Position numbers and translations under genes: made by a program
Assembly (NCBI GenBank): GCA_049969455.1
Contig: JBMFOW010000002.1
Coordinates: forward strand, 1 to 32,208
Direction: 5' to 3'
Source of the DNA: a bacterium
GTDB taxonomy: Bacteria > DRYD01
Length of the DNA stretch: 32,208 bases
In this document: positions 7,707-16,997 of the stretch, one piece after another
Numbering within the stretch: the first letter of the stretch is position 1
Layout of the letters: each line of letters begins with the position of its first letter
Notes under the pieces: model-generated
Databases searched by the model: none
What the model was told of the DNA's origin: nothing
The model's input: the letters and a program-made list of their open reading frames with translations, nothing else

Positions 7707-10382
7707 TTACTTAGTTTCAACTAAATCTATTTTTTTAGAAGATAATTTAATAGTAGCATGAGCGGCAGCTAATCTAGCAATAGGTACTCTATAAGGAGAA
7801 CAACTTACATAATCTATACCAATTGAATAAGCAAATTCAATACTTCTAGGATCCCCACCATGTTCTCCACAAATACCTGTTTCTATATTTTTAACTTTTT
7901 TAGCTTTATCTAAACATATTTTCATTAATTGACCAACACCTTCAGTATCTAAGGTTTGGAAAGGATTAAATTCTAAGATATTATGTTCAAGATAATATGG
8001 AATAAATTTAGCTTCAGCATCATCTCTAGAATATCCAAAAGTCATTTGAGTTAAATCATTAGTTCCAAAAGAGAAAAACTCAGTATATTGAGCAATTTTA
8101 TCAGCAATTAAAGCAGCACGTGGTACTTCTATCATTGTACCAAACATATAATCTATATTAACTCCTTCTTCTTTTAAAACTCTCTTAGCGACTTCTTCCA
8201 ATCTTTCTTTTACAAATTTTATTTCATTAACATGTCCAACTAAAGGTACCATAACTTCAGGAAAGACCTTAATTCCTTCTTTATGAGCTTTAGCAGCAGC
8301 TTTAAATATAGCAGTTACTTGCATTTCATTAATTTCAGGATATACTATACCTAATCTACATCCTCTAAATCCTAACATTGGATTAGCTTCTTTTAAATTC
8401 TTAGCTTTAATCAACATTTTCTCATATTTTTCAACTAATGAATTATTACCTTTTTGTTTTGCATCTTTTATCAATTCATTCAATATTTCTTCTTTAGGTA
8501 AAAATTCATGTAAAGGCGGATCTAACAATCTAATAACAACTGGATAACCTTTCATTTCCTTAAAAATATTATAAAAGTCTCCTATTTGCATTAATAATAA
8601 TTTATCTAAAGCTACTTTACGTTCTTCATAAGTTTCGGCAATAATCATTTCTTGCATAACAGGTAATCTATCTTCTGCCATAAACATATGTTCAGTTCTA
8701 CATAAACCAATTCCCTTAGCTCCATAGTAATAAGCTTTAGCAGCGTCTTGGGGAGTATCTGCATTCGCTCTTACTCCTATTTTAGCAACTTCATCAGCTA
8801 AATCCAATAATTCAAAAAATTCTTTACTTGGTTTTGGATCTATTAATGGAATTTGTCCTAAATAAACATTACCAGTAGTACCATCTATAGTTATTATATC
8901 GTATTCTTTAACTACAATATCATTAACTTTAAATAATCTATTTTCTAAATCAATTTTAATTTCCTCAGCACCAACTACAGCGGGTTTCCCCATACCTCTA
9001 GCAACTACAGCAGCATGACTAGTATTACCACCTCTGCTAGTCAAAACTCCCCTTGCTCTAATTAATCCATGAATATCATCAGGATTAGTTTCAGGTCTAA
9101 CCAAGATAACATTATTCCCTTCTTCACCTAACTTAGCAGCTAACTTAGAATCAAAAACTACTTTACCATAAGCAGCACCAGGTGAAGCATTTAAACCCTT
9201 AGCAATAGGTTTAGCTTTATAATTAGGATCAACTTGAGGATGTAATAATTTTTCTATTTCATCAGTAGAAACCCTAAGTAAAGCTTCTTCTTTAGTAATT
9301 AATCCTTCTTTGTAAAAAGAAACAGCTAATTTAACAGAAGCAGCTGGAGTCCTTTTACCATTCCTAGTTTGCAACATATATAATTTTCCATCTTCTATAG
9401 TAAATTCCATATCTTGCATATCTTTATAATGTTTTTCTAATTTTTCTGCAATCTTAAGTAATTGATCATAAATATCAGGCCATTTTTTCATCATATTTAC
9501 AATAGGTTCAGGAGTTCTAATACCAGCAACTACATCTTCTCCCTGAGCATTAACCAAATATTCTCCATATAATACTCTTTTACCATCAATAAATTCCATT
9601 TCCCCAGTAGAAGGATTCCTACTAAATGCTACACCAGTAGCAGATTTCTCATTTAAATTTCCAAATACCATTGTACCTACATTAACTGCTGTACCCCAAT
9701 CCTCAGGAATATTGTATAATTTTCTATATTCTTTTGCCCTTTCATTATTCCAAGAATTAAAAACTGTTCTTATAGATAATTCCAATTGTTTATAAACATC
9801 TTGAGGGAATTCTTTATTATGTTTTTTATATTCTTCTTTATATAATTGGATTATATTCTTAAGATCATTAATATCTAATTCTATATCAAGTTTTTTATTG
9901 TGTTTTTCTTTATAATGATGTAAAATATCCTCAAATGTTTTAATTCCCATAACAGTAGAACCAAACATTTGTAATAATCTTCTATAAGAATCAAGAGCAA
10001 ATCTTTCATTAGTTTTTTTAGCTAAAGCTAATAAAGTTTCATCATTTAAACCAACATTAAGAATAGTATCCATCATACCTGGCATAGAAGCAGGAGCCCC
10101 AGATCTTACAGAAACAAGTAAAGGCATCTCAATATTATCTCCAAATTTCCTATTCATTCTTTTCTCTAATTCCTTCATTGCTTCTTTAACCAATGGCATT
10201 AAATTATTCATAGTTCCTTCACTGTCTTTTAAATATAATTTACAAACTTCGGTAGTAATAGTAAAACCTGGTGGTACAGGTAATCCTAAATTAGTCATTT
10301 CAGCCAAATTAGCACCTTTACCACCTAATAATAATTTCATATCAGCTCTTCCTTCTTCAAAAAAATATATCCATTTACTCAT
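7707..10382 (-). CDS. ppdK: Pyruvate, phosphate dikinase
   Basis: 891-aa ORF. The N-terminus 'LLGGKGANLAEM' is the ATP-grasp region. The phospho-histidine swivel motif is 'RGGNTSHAAVVARGMGKP'. The C-terminal PEP-utilising TIM barrel has 'GLCRTEHMF' and 'FFSFGTNDLTQ'. Confidence 0.95.
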   Translation of the reverse strand: MSKWIYFFEEGRADMKLLLGGKGANLAEMTNLGLPVPPGFTITTEVCKLYLKDSEGTMNNLMPLVKEAMKELEKRMNRKFGDNIEMPLLVSVRSGAPASMPGMMDTILNVGLNDETLLALAKKTNERFALDSYRRLLQMFGSTVMGIKTFEDILHHYKEKHNKKLDIELDINDLKNIIQLYKEEYKKHNKEFPQDVYKQLELSIRTVFNSWNNERAKEYRKLYNIPEDWGTAVNVGTMVFGNLNEKSATGVAFSRNPSTGEMEFIDGKRVLYGEYLVNAQGEDVVAGIRTPEPIVNMMKKWPDIYDQLLKIAEKLEKHYKDMQDMEFTIEDGKLYMLQTRNGKRTPAASVKLAVSFYKEGLITKEEALLRVSTDEIEKLLHPQVDPNYKAKPIAKGLNASPGAAYGKVVFDSKLAAKLGEEGNNVILVRPETNPDDIHGLIRARGVLTSRGGNTSHAAVVARGMGKPAVVGAEEIKIDLENRLFKVNDIVVKEYDIITIDGTTGNVYLGQIPLIDPKPSKEFFELLDLADEVAKIGVRANADTPQDAAKAYYYGAKGIGLCRTEHMFMAEDRLPVMQEMIIAETYEERKVALDKLLLMQIGDFYNIFKEMKGYPVVIRLLDPPLHEFLPKEEILNELIKDAKQKGNNSLVEKYEKMLIKAKNLKEANPMLGFRGCRLGIVYPEINEMQVTAIFKAAAKAHKEGIKVFPEVMVPLVGHVNEIKFVKERLEEVAKRVLKEEGVNIDYMFGTMIEVPRAALIADKIAQYTEFFSFGTNDLTQMTFGYSRDDAEAKFIPYYLEHNILEFNPFQTLDTEGVGQLMKICLDKAKKVKNIETGICGEHGGDPRSIEFAYSIGIDYVSCSPYRVPIARLAAAHATIKLSSKKIDLVETK

Positions 10383-10411
10383 ATAAATTTACCCCCTTTT
10401 TAGATATTTAA

Positions 10412-12331
10412 TTAAATACTCTTAACATTAGATCTTAAATTATTTAAATAATTATTAAAATCATATAATAAATTTTCTAATTCTTGTATATTATTTTCTA
10501 TAGTTTGTAATAATTCTTGCTTTTCAGATTCATCTGTAACATCATTAAATAAACTTATATTATTTTTAATATCATTTAAAATAATTAATATAGATTCTAC
10601 TTTTTCTAACAATAAAATTACTTCCCCTTCTTTAGGTAAATTCTCTAAATTCTTATAAACACTATCAAAATTAATAAATGAATTATTAATTAAATTAATA
10701 AAAGCATATAAAAATTTAGAATAATCTAAGTTATTCAAATAATTTTCTTTAAATTGATCAAATATTAATCTTAAATTAGATTTAGTTTCAAATTGAGGTT
10801 TTATTAACTTAGAATTACATTTAGAACAATATTCATTATAATAATCATTTTCAAATCCACATTTTACACAAACGATCTTTTTCAATTCAAATAATTTTTC
10901 TATATCTTTATAATCTTCTAAAATATTTAATAAAATACCTTTAATTTTATTTTCAAAATATAACCATATATCAACAAGTAAATCTTTATTTTCATAATTA
11001 CTAAAATAATTATTTATCATTGTTATAAAATTATTAAATAAATCAATATTATTAAGAATTAATTTATCATAGGGAGTAATCAAAGTATTTTCATTTCTTT
11101 GTAAATCATTAATAATTTCATTTAAATAAACATTAAAATTATATAAATATACAATAGATAAATCTTCTGAATATACTCTATAAATTACCTCATAAAGATT
11201 TTCAAATAATCCAGTTCCTTTTAATTCTTTATTATCATATCTTATATGTACTTCGTTTTCTAACTTATTCATGGAATTTAAAATATTATAAAACAAATTA
11301 GCCCAATTAGAATTTATTTCTACTCTATTAGGATAATTACTTAAAACTTGAGAATATAAATTTTCCATAAAAATCTTTATTTGATTTACCTTATTAATAA
11401 TACTTTGATATAATTCTTTTTTAAATTCTTCTTTATTAAAGATTCTATTTATATAAATTTTATACCAATCATTTACTTTATCAAAAGAATTTTTAGTTCT
11501 ATATTCATATAGATTTTTAAAAGCATTGATAGATACATAATTCTCATAAAGCCAATAATAATAAAGTATAAATTCAAACCAAACATTAGCAAATGGAATT
11601 CTAATTAAAGACATATCTTTAGAAACAATATAATATTCATAATCACTTATTTTAATTCCTATTTCTTGAATATATTCATCTATCTCTTTTATTTGATTGA
11701 TATAATCTTTAAATTTATTTAATATAGCTTTATTTTCTAAAGAATCAACAATATCTTTAAGAAAAGTAATTACTTTCAAAGTAATTTCCTTTAGATCTTG
11801 TCCTAATAAATCACCTCTTATTTTTAAAAATATTTCATAATATTCTATTAATTGATTTAATACAAATTTCATATAATCACTATAATTTAAATCTAATTTA
11901 GTTAAAAAAGAATTTAATAAAATTAATTCCCATGATTTCAATTCATTATTAGGTAATAAATTAAAAATATTATTTAGATAATTCAACAAAATCGATAAAT
12001 TGTTTAATAATTCATTTAATTTACTTAAAGATTCACCCTTAGAAAAATTAGAATTATCATCAAAAATAATTAAAGATAAATTTTTATAATCACTTATATT
12101 TTGAAATATTTTTAAAATTTCATCATTGTTTATATCTTTTAGAAAAATTATATTAAAAAAATTAATATTTTTTTTAAATTTTTCTAAAAACAAATTAAAA
12201 TTATCTTCAAAATTTTGAATTGCTTTATTATAATTAATTTCATTTAAACTTAATAAAAGATTTAAATCATTTAGATATATAATAGCTTTAGTTAAATAAA
12301 AAATAGATTCCTCAAAAATATTTTTTAGCAT
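10412..12331 (-). CDS. Hypothetical protein, predicted all-helical, with one CxxC-x11-CxxC zinc ribbon
   Basis: Uninterrupted 639-aa ORF, tightly packed between rpsO and ppdK (gaps of 43 and 29 bp). It is N/I/L/K/E-rich. The only recognisable motif is 'CVKCGFENDYYNEYCSKCNSKL'. No enzymatic motifs were recognised. Confidence 0.6.
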   Translation of the reverse strand: MLKNIFEESIFYLTKAIIYLNDLNLLLSLNEINYNKAIQNFEDNFNLFLEKFKKNINFFNIIFLKDINNDEILKIFQNISDYKNLSLIIFDDNSNFSKGESLSKLNELLNNLSILLNYLNNIFNLLPNNELKSWELILLNSFLTKLDLNYSDYMKFVLNQLIEYYEIFLKIRGDLLGQDLKEITLKVITFLKDIVDSLENKAILNKFKDYINQIKEIDEYIQEIGIKISDYEYYIVSKDMSLIRIPFANVWFEFILYYYWLYENYVSINAFKNLYEYRTKNSFDKVNDWYKIYINRIFNKEEFKKELYQSIINKVNQIKIFMENLYSQVLSNYPNRVEINSNWANLFYNILNSMNKLENEVHIRYDNKELKGTGLFENLYEVIYRVYSEDLSIVYLYNFNVYLNEIINDLQRNENTLITPYDKLILNNIDLFNNFITMINNYFSNYENKDLLVDIWLYFENKIKGILLNILEDYKDIEKLFELKKIVCVKCGFENDYYNEYCSKCNSKLIKPQFETKSNLRLIFDQFKENYLNNLDYSKFLYAFINLINNSFINFDSVYKNLENLPKEGEVILLLEKVESILIILNDIKNNISLFNDVTDESEKQELLQTIENNIQELENLLYDFNNYLNNLRSNVKSI

Positions 12332-12374
12332 TTAGAAGCCCACCCCTTAAAAAATAATAAAAAAACATAAAAAA

Positions 12375-12635
12375 CTATACTAAAAGATCTCTTATCCCTT
12401 TAAATACTTCAGGATAATTCTCCATAATATAATTTCTTAATTTTCTTCTTTTTGCATATAATTTCAATAAAGTTCTATAAGATTGATTATCCTTAGGATT
12501 TTTTTTATGATATTCTTCTAGAAGATTTATTCTAGCATTAAGTAATAAAAACTGAACCTCAGGGGAACCAGTATCTTTCTCATGCCTTTGTATTAAAGAA
12601 ATTATTTTTTCTTTTTCTTCCCTTTTTAACCCCAT
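12375..12635 (-). CDS. rpsO: 30S ribosomal protein S15
   Basis: 86-aa ORF. 'DTGSPEVQ' and 'KDNQSYRTLLKLYAKRRKLRNYI' match the conserved S15 'DTGSxEVQ ... KDhhSrRGLl..v..RrkLL.Yl' pattern. Confidence 0.9.
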   Translation of the reverse strand: MGLKREEKEKIISLIQRHEKDTGSPEVQFLLLNARINLLEEYHKKNPKDNQSYRTLLKLYAKRRKLRNYIMENYPEVFKGIRDLLV

Positions 12636-12666
12636 AATTTCTCTCCTTTTATTCTTTTATTTTAAT

Positions 12667-12960
12667 TTACTTTTTTAAAATGGAAGGAATTTTAATGTAC
12701 ATTCCTTCATGTTTTGTATTATTTTCTATATAATCTTTTACATTTATTTCAGTTTTTGCTAAATCAGTTAGAAACTTAGTTTCACCTAAATGACTATTAT
12801 AGTATACTTCAACATTAGTTGTATCAATTTCATTTAATTTAGAAAAAAAATCAATAATTTTAAGAATATCTTTTTGTATAATCTCTTTTTCAGTAGGTTC
12901 CAAGTATATATGAGCCAGATTAGCTAAATAATCTATATCAATAGTTAAAGTACTTTTCAT
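12667..12960 (-). CDS. gatC: Asp/Glu-tRNA amidotransferase subunit C
   Basis: 97-aa ORF. 'LANLAHIYLEPTEKE', 'LNEIDTTNVE' and the C-terminal 'EGMYIKIPSIL' match the GatC pattern (compare the Bacillus GatC C-terminus '...DGYIRVPSIL' as I recall it). The SD GGGAGG lies upstream. Confidence 0.85.
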   Translation of the reverse strand: MKSTLTIDIDYLANLAHIYLEPTEKEIIQKDILKIIDFFSKLNEIDTTNVEVYYNSHLGETKFLTDLAKTEINVKDYIENNTKHEGMYIKIPSILKK

Positions 12961-13161
12961 TTAGGTGACAACCTCCCATAATTAAAAATCAGGGGCTTCT
13001 TGCTTCATTGTGGCATAACTTATCAAAATACTATTGTTTGATAGCACTCTAACAGTGGTCTTCCTCTTTATAACCGTTACTTCCCAATTGTCCATTAATA
13101 GTTTTTTATAGTGGTTTTCTCTAGTTGTTTTATTCTTATTATTAAGTATTTTGTAATAGAA
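12961..13161 (-). ncRNA. Candidate structured RNA / 5' leader of gatC (class unresolved; some T-box-like strings)
   Basis: This is a 200-nt gap with about 31% G+C overall and higher in the centre, whereas other intergenic DNA here looks far more AT-rich. The only ORF (12982-13188) runs into the tRNA and has no SD. On the minus-strand RNA there are local hairpins (UAUCAAA-N9-UUUGAUA; CACU-GUUAG-AGUG). T-box-like strings are also present ('AGAGA', 'AGUAAC', 'AAUUGGGAAGUAACGG'). The canonical T-box UGGU bulge and a terminator are not evident. Confidence 0.25.
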
Positions 13162-13247
13162 TGCCGGAGGCCGGACTCGAACCGGCACGGAGCTTTAACT
13201 CCGGGGGATTTTAAGTCCCCTGCGTCTACCTATTCCGCCACTCCGGC
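13162..13247 (-). tRNA. tRNA-Leu (anticodon UAA)
   Basis: The minus strand reads GCCGGAG-UG-GCG-GAAUAGGUAGA-CGC-A-GGGGA-CUUAAAA-UCCCC-(long variable arm CGGAGUUAAAGCUCCGU)-GCCGG-UUCGAGU-CCGGC-CUCCGGC-A. This gives a full cloverleaf with a 7-bp acceptor stem, a type II long variable arm and a UUCGAGU T-loop. CCA is not encoded. Confidence 0.92.
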
Positions 13248-13322
13248 TTAAATCCAATCCCTCTAATATCCTATTCTATATTTACCTTAATTATCCTCTT
13301 TTTTTTATAATTAATTTTAAAT

Positions 13323-14432
13323 CTAAAACTTAATTTTTGACAAAAAATTACTATTTTTTGACAAAAAATTACTAAAAACATTAGATTCTTCAAATATTTT
13401 TTCAAAAACAGTATCCCAAGTTATTTTTTTTGATAAAATATAAGAATAAGCATTACCACCCATTTTTTTAGCTAAATCTTTATTTAAATAAATCTTATCA
13501 AAAATTTCAGCTAAATTTTTTAAATCATTTTCTAAAATAAATCCATTATATTCATTTTCAATAAATTCTGTAGGTCCACCTGAATCCATTAAAGTAATTA
13601 CTAACTTCTTAGAATAAAATGCTTCTAAAGTTATATATCCATAATCTTCATCATATGGAGTAAATACAATAGCTAAAGCATTAGCATACAATTTTAGTTT
13701 TTCATCTTCATTTATATATTTATCTATTATCTTAACCTTAGAAGATATCTCATTATCCCTTAAAAGAGGTTGAATTTTATTTTTAAAATATTTTCCTTCA
13801 ATGTTACCAGATATAATTAATTTAACATTTGTTTTAGTATATTTCATAGCTTGAATAGGTATATGCTGTCTTTTAGAACCTGTTATCCTACTTGGAAAAT
13901 AAATATAATCACTATAAGATTCACTATAATACTGTTTTTCATTAAATAAAGGAGGATACAAAACCTCAGCATCTATGTTGTTAAACTTTTTTAATCTATT
14001 AGCAACATTCTTAGAAATAGCAAAAATTTTCTTAGCAGATCTTAAAGCTTTATTATCTATTTCCGTTATTTTTTTCCTTAATTCAATATTTTTTTTATCA
14101 TTTTTATTTAAAGGATTAAACTTAGTATCCCATAAATCGTAAAGATATCTTAAATGATGCATAAACCAAATAATTTTATTACTATGTTCTACTACATAAC
14201 TAAATGGTCTAGATGTTATTAAAATATCACCATAATTGAATTTCAAATTTTTTAATCCTTCTATTTGTTTTAAGACCAAATCAGGATCATCACTAAAAGG
14301 AATTAAAATATTATCAATTAAAAATTCAGGATAATATTCCTTTAATTTTAAATAAAACCAATTAATAAAATTAACATTACCTCCATAAATAAAAGGTACA
14401 TAAGTGGATAAAATCAATACTTTTTTACTCAT
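13323..14432 (-). CDS. Glycosyltransferase family 4 (GT-B, retaining type)
   Basis: 369-aa ORF. The C-terminal half has the GT4 EX7E region 'EDYGYITLEAFYSKKLVITLMDSGGPTEFI'. The overall layout is typical of group 1 glycosyltransferases. Confidence 0.75.
   Translation of the reverse strand: MSKKVLILSTYVPFIYGGNVNFINWFYLKLKEYYPEFLIDNILIPFSDDPDLVLKQIEGLKNLKFNYGDILITSRPFSYVVEHSNKIIWFMHHLRYLYDLWDTKFNPLNKNDKKNIELRKKITEIDNKALRSAKKIFAISKNVANRLKKFNNIDAEVLYPPLFNEKQYYSESYSDYIYFPSRITGSKRQHIPIQAMKYTKTNVKLIISGNIEGKYFKNKIQPLLRDNEISSKVKIIDKYINEDEKLKLYANALAIVFTPYDEDYGYITLEAFYSKKLVITLMDSGGPTEFIENEYNGFILENDLKNLAEIFDKIYLNKDLAKKMGGNAYSYILSKKITWDTVFEKIFEESNVFSNFLSKNSNFLSKIKF
13334..13374 (-). repeat. 21-bp tandem duplication at the 3' end of the GT4 gene
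   Basis: 'tttttgacaaaaaattacta' occurs at 13334-13353 and again at 13355-13374. It encodes the duplicated C-terminal 'NFLSKNS/NFLSK'. Confidence 0.85.
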
Positions 14433-14475
14433 TAAATAATACTCCTTTCACTAAATAATACTCCTTAAAAACTAA

Positions 14476-15294
14476 TTAATTCATAAAACTAAAATTTAAT
14501 CTTTTATACAGAAAATCCAAATCTTCTTTTAAATTATTAAATTTAGTTATATTTTTATTCATTTTATCTATATTTAAATCAATATCAACTAAAAAAACTC
14601 CTTGTTGATTATCGTTTAATTTAAGTAAATACTCAGCTTTAGGAGAACATATAACTGATTGTCCAATAAATTTCAATTTTTCATTATTATTTTCTTCAAT
14701 TCCTATTCTATTAGCAGTTATAGTATATAATTTATTTTCCAAAGCTCTGATAGGCATAGCTAAAGGGCAATAAGGTAAAACCAAATTAGCAGGATGAGCT
14801 ATAATATCAGCACCCTTTAACATTAAATTCCTAGAAACTTCAGGGAAATACCAATCAAAACAAATCATTACCCCTAAATTTATTTTCTTATCATTAATAC
14901 TTACTTCAAATACTTCCAACTTATCCCCAGGTTCAAAAATAAATTTTTCTCTATAAAATAAATTTATTTTTCTATATTTTCCTATATAACCATATTTATT
15001 AACAATAACAGCAGAATTGTAAAATTTATTTTTTTCAATTTCCAATATTCCACTAACTATTATTAAATTATTTTTTTTAGCTAAATCAATTAATATATTA
15101 GTAAATTTTCCATTAGGTACTTCTTCAGCTAAATCAATCAATTCAGATTTATCTAAAAACAAATATCCGGTATTAGCTAATTCAGGTAAAACTATTAATG
15201 AATCTTTAATATCAGATAAATAATCCCTTATTAACTTATAATTATATTCTTTATCTTTAAATTTTGGATAAAACTGTAAAACACCTACCTTCAT
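14476..15294 (-). CDS. Carbon-nitrogen hydrolase (nitrilase superfamily)
   Basis: 272-aa ORF. Glu-Lys-Cys triad contexts are present: 'VLPELANTGY', 'YRKINLF', 'GVMICFDWYFPE'. Confidence 0.8.
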   Translation of the reverse strand: MKVGVLQFYPKFKDKEYNYKLIRDYLSDIKDSLIVLPELANTGYLFLDKSELIDLAEEVPNGKFTNILIDLAKKNNLIIVSGILEIEKNKFYNSAVIVNKYGYIGKYRKINLFYREKFIFEPGDKLEVFEVSINDKKINLGVMICFDWYFPEVSRNLMLKGADIIAHPANLVLPYCPLAMPIRALENKLYTITANRIGIEENNNEKLKFIGQSVICSPKAEYLLKLNDNQQGVFLVDIDLNIDKMNKNITKFNNLKEDLDFLYKRLNFSFMN

Positions 15295-15328
15295 AAATTA
15301 CACTCCCTTCAATTAATTCATAATTAAT

Positions 15329-16978
15329 TTAAATATAACTAAATTCTAAAATAAAATATAATAAAATTTCATTTAAATTAATTCTATCTTCAATATTTAG
15401 ATTCTCTTTATCTAAATTAATTTTGATATTTAAAATATTGGCTATTTCTTTAACTATAAGTAATCCTAATTTACCTTTATATAAATAAAAATTACTATCA
15501 TTAGTCATTATATCATTTATAATTTTATAATTCTCTAAATTAGTTAAATTACCTACTTTCAAATAAAATTTATCTTTATCAAAAACAATGTTCAATAAAA
15601 CTTTTTTATCAATAGAATATTTATAAGCATTATCAAATAAATTAGAAATCAATTGTTTAAAAAGATTTAAATCAATTAAAATATTTTTATTTTTAATATC
15701 CTGATACTCTTCTAAATTTTGATTAATCTTATGAAAATCAAAATCAAAATTATCTGAATATTCTAAAAAATTAACAAAATCATTAATAAAATTAATAAAA
15801 TCATATAAATTAATAATTTCTAAATTAGCAATTTTTTTACCTAATTTAATTCTACTATAATCCAAATACCTATAAATCATATAATTTATTCTATCTAATT
15901 CTAATAATATAGAATTAATTTTATTTTTTATTTCAGGCTCAATATTTTTATTTACTAAAAACTCTAAATTAGCTTTTATAGAAGCAATAGGAGTTCTCAA
16001 ATCATGAGAAATCATAGCTAAAGCTCTATCTTTTAATTCATTTAAATTATAAAAATCAGTTATATCAATAAAAATTCCTATTTTATTTAAATTATGCTCA
16101 AAAATCAACATCTTAAAATAAGATTTATTAAATTTAATAATTTTATCTTTATCTAAATTTATATCTATTAAATTTTTTAAAAAAAATTCTTTCAAATTTT
16201 GATCTATATTTTTATTTAAATAAATAACTTTATCATAATTATCTAAAATGATAACAAAAAATGGAGAATTATTAAAAATTTCTTCTAAAATTTTTTTATT
16301 TTGCTCTATCTCATTAATATACTTAACTAAAAAATCTTTCATCAATTTTATTTTAGTAAATATTTCTTTTAATTCGTCATTATACTTATAATTTATATCA
16401 TAATCAAATTTTCCTAAAGAAACATTAAAAACAAATTCTTTAATAATATTAATCCTTTTTTCAATTAATCTAAATATTAAAATTGATAATAAATATGACA
16501 AAGGAAAACTAAATGAAATGATAAAAGAAGCCATATAAATTAACTCTTTTCTTATATCTTTAATAAAATTTAAGTTCATTTCAACAGCTAACATATACCT
16601 ATTAAATGGTACAAAATAAGTTAAAATATAATCTTGAAATACTAACTTTTCTTGACCAAAAGGATTTGATTTCAAAAATTCGTAATCTACATTAAAAAAT
16701 GCAGGATAATAAATTAATACCTTATAATCTTCATCATAAACAATAAAATAAACATATTCAGGTAAATTAGAAAATAAATAAAGTAAATAATTTTTATCAA
16801 TAGTTTCTAAATTTTTATTAGATTTTAAAACATCTAAAATATTATCAGTAACATATTTTATTTCTTTTTTTTTGCTTTCAATAAAATATAATTCCCAAAA
16901 CTTTATAACAAAAAAATTATTAAAAATTAAAAATATAATTACCAATAAAGCTATATAAAAAGAAACTACTTTTTTCAT
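15329..16978 (-). CDS. Sensor histidine kinase (two TM segments, PAS-like region, HisKA, atypical HATPase)
   Basis: 549-aa ORF. The H-box is 'AMISHDLRTPIASIKANLEFL' and the N-box is 'LISNLFDNAYKYS'. The G2-like motif is 'GKLGLLIVKEIANIL'. I see no clear G1 DxGxG box ('LKVGNLTNLE' sits in its place). No response regulator is present in the window. Confidence 0.7.
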   Translation of the reverse strand: MKKVVSFYIALLVIIFLIFNNFFVIKFWELYFIESKKKEIKYVTDNILDVLKSNKNLETIDKNYLLYLFSNLPEYVYFIVYDEDYKVLIYYPAFFNVDYEFLKSNPFGQEKLVFQDYILTYFVPFNRYMLAVEMNLNFIKDIRKELIYMASFIISFSFPLSYLLSILIFRLIEKRINIIKEFVFNVSLGKFDYDINYKYNDELKEIFTKIKLMKDFLVKYINEIEQNKKILEEIFNNSPFFVIILDNYDKVIYLNKNIDQNLKEFFLKNLIDINLDKDKIIKFNKSYFKMLIFEHNLNKIGIFIDITDFYNLNELKDRALAMISHDLRTPIASIKANLEFLVNKNIEPEIKNKINSILLELDRINYMIYRYLDYSRIKLGKKIANLEIINLYDFINFINDFVNFLEYSDNFDFDFHKINQNLEEYQDIKNKNILIDLNLFKQLISNLFDNAYKYSIDKKVLLNIVFDKDKFYLKVGNLTNLENYKIINDIMTNDSNFYLYKGKLGLLIVKEIANILNIKINLDKENLNIEDRINLNEILLYFILEFSYI

Positions 16979-16997
16979 TAATTTTTTACATCAAAAT

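Noticed and set aside
12961-13161. Confident assignment as a T-box riboswitch or SRP/6S RNA
   Set aside because: The T-box core matches only about 12 of 17 positions, the UGG that pairs with the tRNA CCA end is lost, and the motif sits about 140 nt from the start codon without a terminator. The SRP domain IV consensus (GGUCC-GGAA-GGAAGCAGC) is absent. It is kept only as an unclassified candidate.
12982-13188. 68-aa minus-strand ORF
   Set aside because: Its start lies inside tRNA-Leu (13162-13247), it has no SD, and its sequence is unrecognisable. The region is better explained as non-coding RNA or leader.
13162-13330. tRNA-Leu as an integration site for a genomic island
   Set aside because: There is no integrase, no direct repeat of the tRNA 3' end, and no compositional shift. 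The flanking genes (gatC, glycosyltransferase) look native.
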